NCBI GenBank assembly: GCA_951406725.2
Contig: OX597835.1
Coordinates: forward strand, 4,588,001 to 4,652,000
Source: Octopus vulgaris
Taxonomy: Eukaryota
Length of the DNA: 64,000 nucleotides
Direction: 5' to 3'
Shown here: one piece after another, positions 57,865-64,000 of the stretch
How positions within the stretch are numbered: position 1 is the first letter of the stretch
Layout: each line of letters starts with the position of its first letter
The notes under the pieces: generated by a model
Databases searched by the model: none
What the model saw: the letters and a program-made list of their open reading frames with translations, nothing else
What the model was told of the DNA's origin: nothing
Position numbers and translations under genes: made by a program

Positions 57865-59026
57865 TTTAACTTTTCGCAACCTAAGCAGCCAATTACCTGT
57901 AAAATAAAATCAAGAAACAAAGGTTTATCTTTTGTTAAGCAAATCGGAAAAAAAAAAAAAATAAAAAATAAAAAATAAAAAACTGTCATCAAATGAAAAG
58001 GAAATATAGCACCATGATCTGTTTATTTTACACACATAACACACACATAAGGGATGGCTGGTGTTAAGAAGGGCATCCAGATGTACACACCAGATGTAAA
58101 CACCAGATGTAAACACCATGCCAAAAACAGACACTGAAGCCTATTGCAGTCAAACCAGCTAACTCATGCTAGCATGGAAAGTGGACATTAAACAGTGATG
58201 ATGACCACAACGATGACGATGATGATATATATACACACACGCATATACATATATGTATATACATCATCATCATTAATGTCAGTTTTTTCTCCCATGCTGG
58301 GAGATTAGCCAAAACTGTACTTATCAGAGTGGCAGTATGGAAAGTGTTGCAACAGCTTCCTACAGTCAGCACGCTTTCCATACAAGCCACTCTGACGATC
58401 ACAGACTTACACAATCACCTAATTGCTTAATTTGTGTGTAAAGCTGAGTGTTAAGATCAGCTGAAATGGATCTATAATACTGCGTCCTACATAGATTAAC
58501 ATACTCTCTTTGAGAAACGAGTTCCTGAAAGGGTAATTCTGTCAACAAATCTAAGTTTTCCAACACACTGTATGTGTGTAAGGGTCAGCTTTATGCTGTT
58601 CCCTGTAAGGAACATTCCCCTGAGGGTTTTCTCTCTATTGTGAATGGTCACATACACACACACATTAAATGCGTGTATGCGTGTGTGTAGGTGTGTGTGC
58701 ATGTTGTTGTTGTTTAACCCCAGGTTAAACCAAATTAAACTAATTTATGATCAAAGTCATTCTACCTGAGACGATCATATAATTTTTTTTTTTTCAGGCA
58801 TAATATATCATGGATTACATCAATGAATGTGTCCATTAATTTTTCAAGGCAGAAATACGTGATTTGAGTGAGACAAAGATGCAATCTTTAGCAGGCTGAG
58901 TGACCACATTGAGGCTCTCTCTCCTTGGCTTATATGGCCATGAGAAGGATGCCTCATTGGCCTTCAGAAAATTAAGACATCTATGTATGTGAGAGTATAT
59001 AAATGTACTATAGTGTGTATGTGTGC

Positions 59027-59057
<31 letters not shown>

Positions 59058-59764
59058 CATGTGTGTTCCATTTTACTAGATAGTTGGTGCATGTGAGCTG
59101 TAAGCCGAATCATGGGTCTTGATCATAGGAGGAACAGTAACAACAACAATTTGGTGATAGAAAGGTTAAGGGTGGTCAGCTACTTAGAAGAGAATCCTAC
59201 CCATAACAGACTATGAATACATAACATGTAATAAACATGTTCATTCAGTTGGCAGAGAAGAGCAAGTGCTTAATTAGGAGTTATTGCTCCTAAAAGATTA
59301 AGTGACAAAGAGAGAATGTAAGAGGAAGGAGGAGAGAGAGAGAAGGAGGGAGAGAGAGGCATGAACAGTGGCTGAACAATACAATACAATACAATGTTTA
59401 AATATATCATAAACAGACCGGTCCATTTAGCTAAAGCCTGTGCATATAAAGGCTGAAATAAATATATTATAAATTGACTGGTCCATTCGACTAAGTGTAG
59501 TACTGAAATAAATTACTTGCTGAAATACCTGGTGGGGGGGGCCTGGAAGGACTCACAGGCTGAACATGGAAAAGTAATTTACTTAAAATTACAGCAAGGC
59601 TTCCTCCTCATTAATAATGTTCTTTGTTTTATTTTATGGAGATTACATAACGAGGTTGTTTTATGCTCTGACTCACGAGGCACAAACGTATAATTAACCA
59701 AGGGGGGGGGGGGGGGAAAAAAGAAACAGGGGATCTTGCAGTAATAATACAGTTTTTGTTAATG

Positions 59765-59990
59765 TTTACTCTTCTCTTCTACTTGTTTCAGCCATTCGAC
59801 TGTGGCCATGCTGGAGCACCGCCTTTAGTCGAGCAAATCGACCCCCCCAGGACTTATTCTTTGTAAGCCTAGTACTTATTCTATCGGTCTCTTTTGCCGA
59901 ACCGCTAAGTTACGGGGACGTAAACATACCAGCATCGGTTGTCAAGCGATGTTGGGGAGGGGGGACAAACACAGACACACACACACATAC
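59765..59990 (-). mobile_element. SINE family A, 3' half
   Basis: Matches the tail half of family A. Confidence 0.75.
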
Positions 59991-60187
59991 ATAAATATAT
60001 ATATATATATATATATTTGAACTCAGGACGTAAAGACAGACCAGATGCTGCTAAGCATTTTGACCTTCATGCTAATGATTCTGCCAGCTCACTTGTCTTA
60101 GTTTCTGAGAATAATTATTAGGAATCCTTGATGTATTTCACAATTTGTTTGGCATCAAAAAGAATATCTACAGACTTATTAAGAGCT

Positions 60188-60510
60188 GCTTTGGTCATGA
60201 ATGACCATGGGATTGCACCTAGAAAATTTCCCTCTGAGGCACAAGTCTGGGCAAGGTTGTTTATGGAAGACCAGCATTTGCCCATGCATACCGACCTCTC
60301 CTCTTCGTGCCACTGATGTTATCCAAGGGAAAGACAAACACCAATACAGCTTGGCACCAGTGACGTCACAGCTCCTTCCGACAGCTGAATGAACTGGAGC
60401 AACATGAAATAAAAGGTCTTGCTCAAGAACGCAACACACAGCCGAGTCTGAGAACTGAACTCACTACCTCGTGATTGTGAGCCGGACGCTCTAACCACTG
60501 AGCCATGCAT
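60188..60510 (-). mobile_element. tRNA-derived SINE (family C-related)
   Basis: Head atggctcagtggttagagcgtccggctcacaatcacgaggtagtgagttcagttc plus gtgttgcgttcttgagcaagac core. Related pieces at 6340-6485, 56990-57105, 62340-62575 and 63500-63710. Confidence 0.7.
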
Positions 60511-61417
60511 CACTATGCAGCAGTTGCAAAATGTGTTTATTGATTATATTAACAAACTTATTGGTTGGGGTAGAAATTGCTCTTTCACAGAGCTATTTGT
60601 GATTATGGTGTTGCATTTTAGCGAAGATGTTAGTTTTTAGGTTGCCAACTGATGATATCAAGGAACCAATCTTGATCAAAGATATGTCCCTGTTCTAATT
60701 AGGTAAAAGAACACCTCTAACTTTCAGAAGTCTTGCAGTGCTGCTATAAACTACAGGCTATGATCTAGGCCACCACACCCCACCCACACATGCAGATAAC
60801 AAATATACAAAGGGAGAAAGAGACCAGTCTATTGCATCCTAACTGGTGTGATAAAACTGGAATAATATGTTATAAATAGATAGATTCATCCGTTTAGCTA
60901 CTACTGGGGTGTTAGAGCAGAAATGACGTTATAAACAGACAAGTCCATTTAGCTGTGACTGGGGTGTTAAAAATCTGAAAAAAAATCTGAAAGACTAGTC
61001 CATTTAGCTACAGCTGACATATGAAAGCTGCATTTTAAAATGGGAATATATTGTTTTTCAGCCTATGTCTACCTTGGGGTAACTTCGTTCTCAACACTAA
61101 CTCATGACTTTGTTATATTTGACAACTAATAAAGGCACACCTTTACATTGCAAACACTTCTGAAAACTGGACACCTCCTATATAAATAAAAAAGTTCATT
61201 ATGGTTTGGATACCAAGACATCCAGCCTGAGGGTAGAGTAGAAACAAAAGCATTCTTTATAAAAGAGCAGGTTGTGACCACTAGGTAATGTTGCAAGGAA
61301 TATCTATCAGTGTTAATCACAGGGAAACAGATGGTAAGGGTTAGGGTTAGGCCATAGCGATGATTGAGGAGAGGCACACAAACAAAATTCAAATGGTTTG
61401 CAACTTTTATAACTTAA

Positions 61418-61637
61418 CCCTTTCGTTACTGTATTTATTTTGAGATGCTCTGTGTTTCTTTCAATTACTTTAAATATAACAAAGAATTTAATAAAATAAC
61501 TTAGTTATAATTAAGCTAGTGTTAGGAACATAGATTGTGACTAAGGTTTGGTGGAAGATTTTAATACAAAACTTATGAAAACAAAACATTTGTACTCAGG
61601 GCCAGAGCCTGTTTCAGCCGGGTTGGTAACGAAAGGC
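61418..61637. mobile_element. piggyBac-type MITE
   Basis: TTAA|ccctttcgttac ... gtaacgaaaggc|TTAA: TIR with one mismatch and TTAA duplication. Confidence 0.75.
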
Positions 61638-62577
61638 TTAACATTATGGTAAAGAAAGAAGAATTAATTATGTGAATGTAAACTGTACCTTCTCGTAAAG
61701 CGGGTGGTGTGATTACCTAACGTTTTGGTAGGGTACTGGTATGTGTCAGTTCATAGCCACTATGCAAATGTATTTACAGAAACAAAGGATATTCAACATT
61801 GACTCCTACGAACAATAATATGCAATAACAAAGCCTGGAAACCCAGCTGAACAACTTAGAGACAAAACACTGAGATATTCATGAGCCGCTGTCTAGTTTG
61901 GTAGCTGGCAATGTTATAGAATACTATGGAACTTTAAAACACACAGACACCAAGATAGCAAAGGATAAATCTGCCACTGTTTTCCATGACAATAGTGCAT
62001 TAATATTCCACCTGGTAATTCTAAAGAAGAACAATATCAAATAAAAGCAAGCTCAGCTGCTAAGAAATTACACTGACTTAGTTGTCTGAATATAAGTAAT
62101 ACGGAAGCTAAGGAATGTGTCATCATTCGTCGTCACATTTGTAAGTGGTACAACTGGAATAATAACATAACCAATGACACTGACAAATAAGATTGACCTA
62201 TGAATGTTACTTAAAATAGCAACACTAGTGTCTCTAAAACTATTTAGTGCATCTTCACTTAGTATTTGTTCACTATGAATAAACTAGATTAATTTATGAC
62301 TGAGGTACAAGGCCAGAAATTTTGGTGCAGGAGGAGTCATGTGACCACGTGACTGACTAGGCTATTACACATCGTTACACATCGCTGGTCACAAAGTACT
62401 TTTGCATTGTTTTAGCTTTCAGGTGATGCAACCCTCTGCTGGCTGGGCGAGCAGGCCAAAAATCCCCCATTCCCCTGATCAAAATGGGGACTGAAGCAAT
62501 GTGAAATGAAGTGTCTTGCTCAAGAACACAATGTGTTGCCTAGTCAAGGAACTGAACCCATTATCTAGCAATCATGA

Positions 62578-62990
62578 ATGCAGAAAGGCTGAAGACGCTC
62601 GACCTTTATTCTCTAGAAAAACGCTGCCGCCGTGGTGATCTCATTCTTGCTCACAACATCATAAGCGGTAAGTGTAACCTCTCGAAGGAGCTGTTCTTCA
62701 CTCCTGCTCCAGAGCATCGGCTGCGGGGTCATTCCAAAAAGCTCTATCTGCAACGATTTCATCTCAATCGAAGAAGAGGGGCTTTCTCCGTCCGGGTTGC
62801 GGATCCGTGGAATAAGCTGCCGGACGAGATAGTGAAGATGCCGACGACCGCTCGGTTCAAAGTCACTCTTGACCAGAAATGGCCTGAACTCTTTGCATGA
62901 ACACCACCCTGTACATAACTCCATGTACCCCTACATGGCCTTGCTTTTTGCTTTTTGAGCCAAAAAATTAACTAACTAACTAACCTAACA
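62578..62990 (+). mobile_element. CR1-like LINE 3' end
   Basis: ERLKTLDLYSLEKRCRRGDLI...RLRGHSKKL...FSVRVADPWNKLP, the CR1 ORF2 C-terminal signature; (ctaa)n tail. Confidence 0.85.
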
Positions 62991-63455
62991 ACTAGGCCAT
63001 CATCATCATCATCATCATCACCAAATGTCCTCTTTCCATTCTGGCATGGGTTGGACGGTTTGACCAGGGCTGGCAAGCTGGAAGGCTGCCCCAGACTCCA
63101 GTCCACTAAGCATTTTGCTCCACAAGCTGATGGTTCTGCCAGCTTGCTGCCTAAATCTTCTACTATAATAATACTCTTGTGTCTTTCTCCACCACAGCAT
63201 ATGATTGAGAAAGGAAAGGGTGATAGATGAATAAGGAAGGAAGGGGTGATGGCCATCTTGGTAGTGGGAGCATTTCAACTCTGTGTGAGTATATGTGAGT
63301 ATGTTTGTGTGTGTACAAGGGAAAAGCATGTGAATGTATGTGAACATTGACAAGAGTATTAATTTGATTTACCATCCACATTTTATACAAAATACTACAA
63401 TTAGCCATCATTTTTGATGGCACAAGGCCAGCTGGCAATAATGATGATAATAATG

Positions 63456-63494
<39 letters not shown>

Positions 63495-64000
63495 GGCTGG
63501 GCTACTCGACCAGGAGAAAATTCTAACTGGGCCCCACCAGCAAGGTCATGAGCTGTTTATCTTGATATGAGATCACCATGTCGCGCACATATGGTTGTGA
63601 TGCATGTGCCTGGTGTACCCTTATCAGACGGGTAGTCATGATGGGTATACTGGGCTTCATATATTTTACCCCAGTGTCACTTTGATGACATGCACTACTC
63701 TTTCATTCAACAATAACCCTTTCTATTAAAGGCACAAGGATTGAAATTTGGGGGGAGGGGACTAGTCGATTACACTGACCACAGTGTCTCACTGGTACTT
63801 AATATATCGACCCTGAAAGGATGAAAGGCAAAGTCGACCTCAGCAGAATTTGAACTCAGAACATAAAGATGGACAAAATGCTGCTAAATATTTGGCCTGG
63901 CATGCTAACGGTTCTGCCAGTTCGTCCAATAAAAGATATGTTCTGCTTTACCATAATAAAATAATAAATGCACCCTTTTCAAGCCTAGCCAGGCTCACGG

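Overview
AT-rich, microsatellite-saturated eukaryotic DNA. The SINE repertoire, Penelope/R4/Tx1/CR1/RTE LINE debris and microsatellite density suggest an Octopus-like cephalopod; this is an inference, not a verified assignment. Most ORFs in the supplied track are microsatellite translations. One intact protein-coding gene can be reconstructed: a minus-strand, 3-coding-exon BTB-BACK (BTBD17-like) gene (57864-57647, 56381-56283, 54702-53607; about 470 aa, both introns GT-AG and phase 2). A run of Ser/Thr-rich exon-like segments at about 20-23 kb looks like a decaying gene. The remainder is transposon debris: several tRNA-derived SINE families, internally deleted mariner/Tc1 elements, Helitron-like and piggyBac-like non-autonomous elements, and LINE fragments. 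The most interesting signal is a tRNA-headed short element carrying a Penelope-type minimal hammerhead ribozyme motif. It is inserted as a head-to-head dimer with a 9-bp target duplication into an R4-like LINE (11185-11728). Several more degenerate hammerhead motifs and a Penelope endonuclease relic occur elsewhere in the window.
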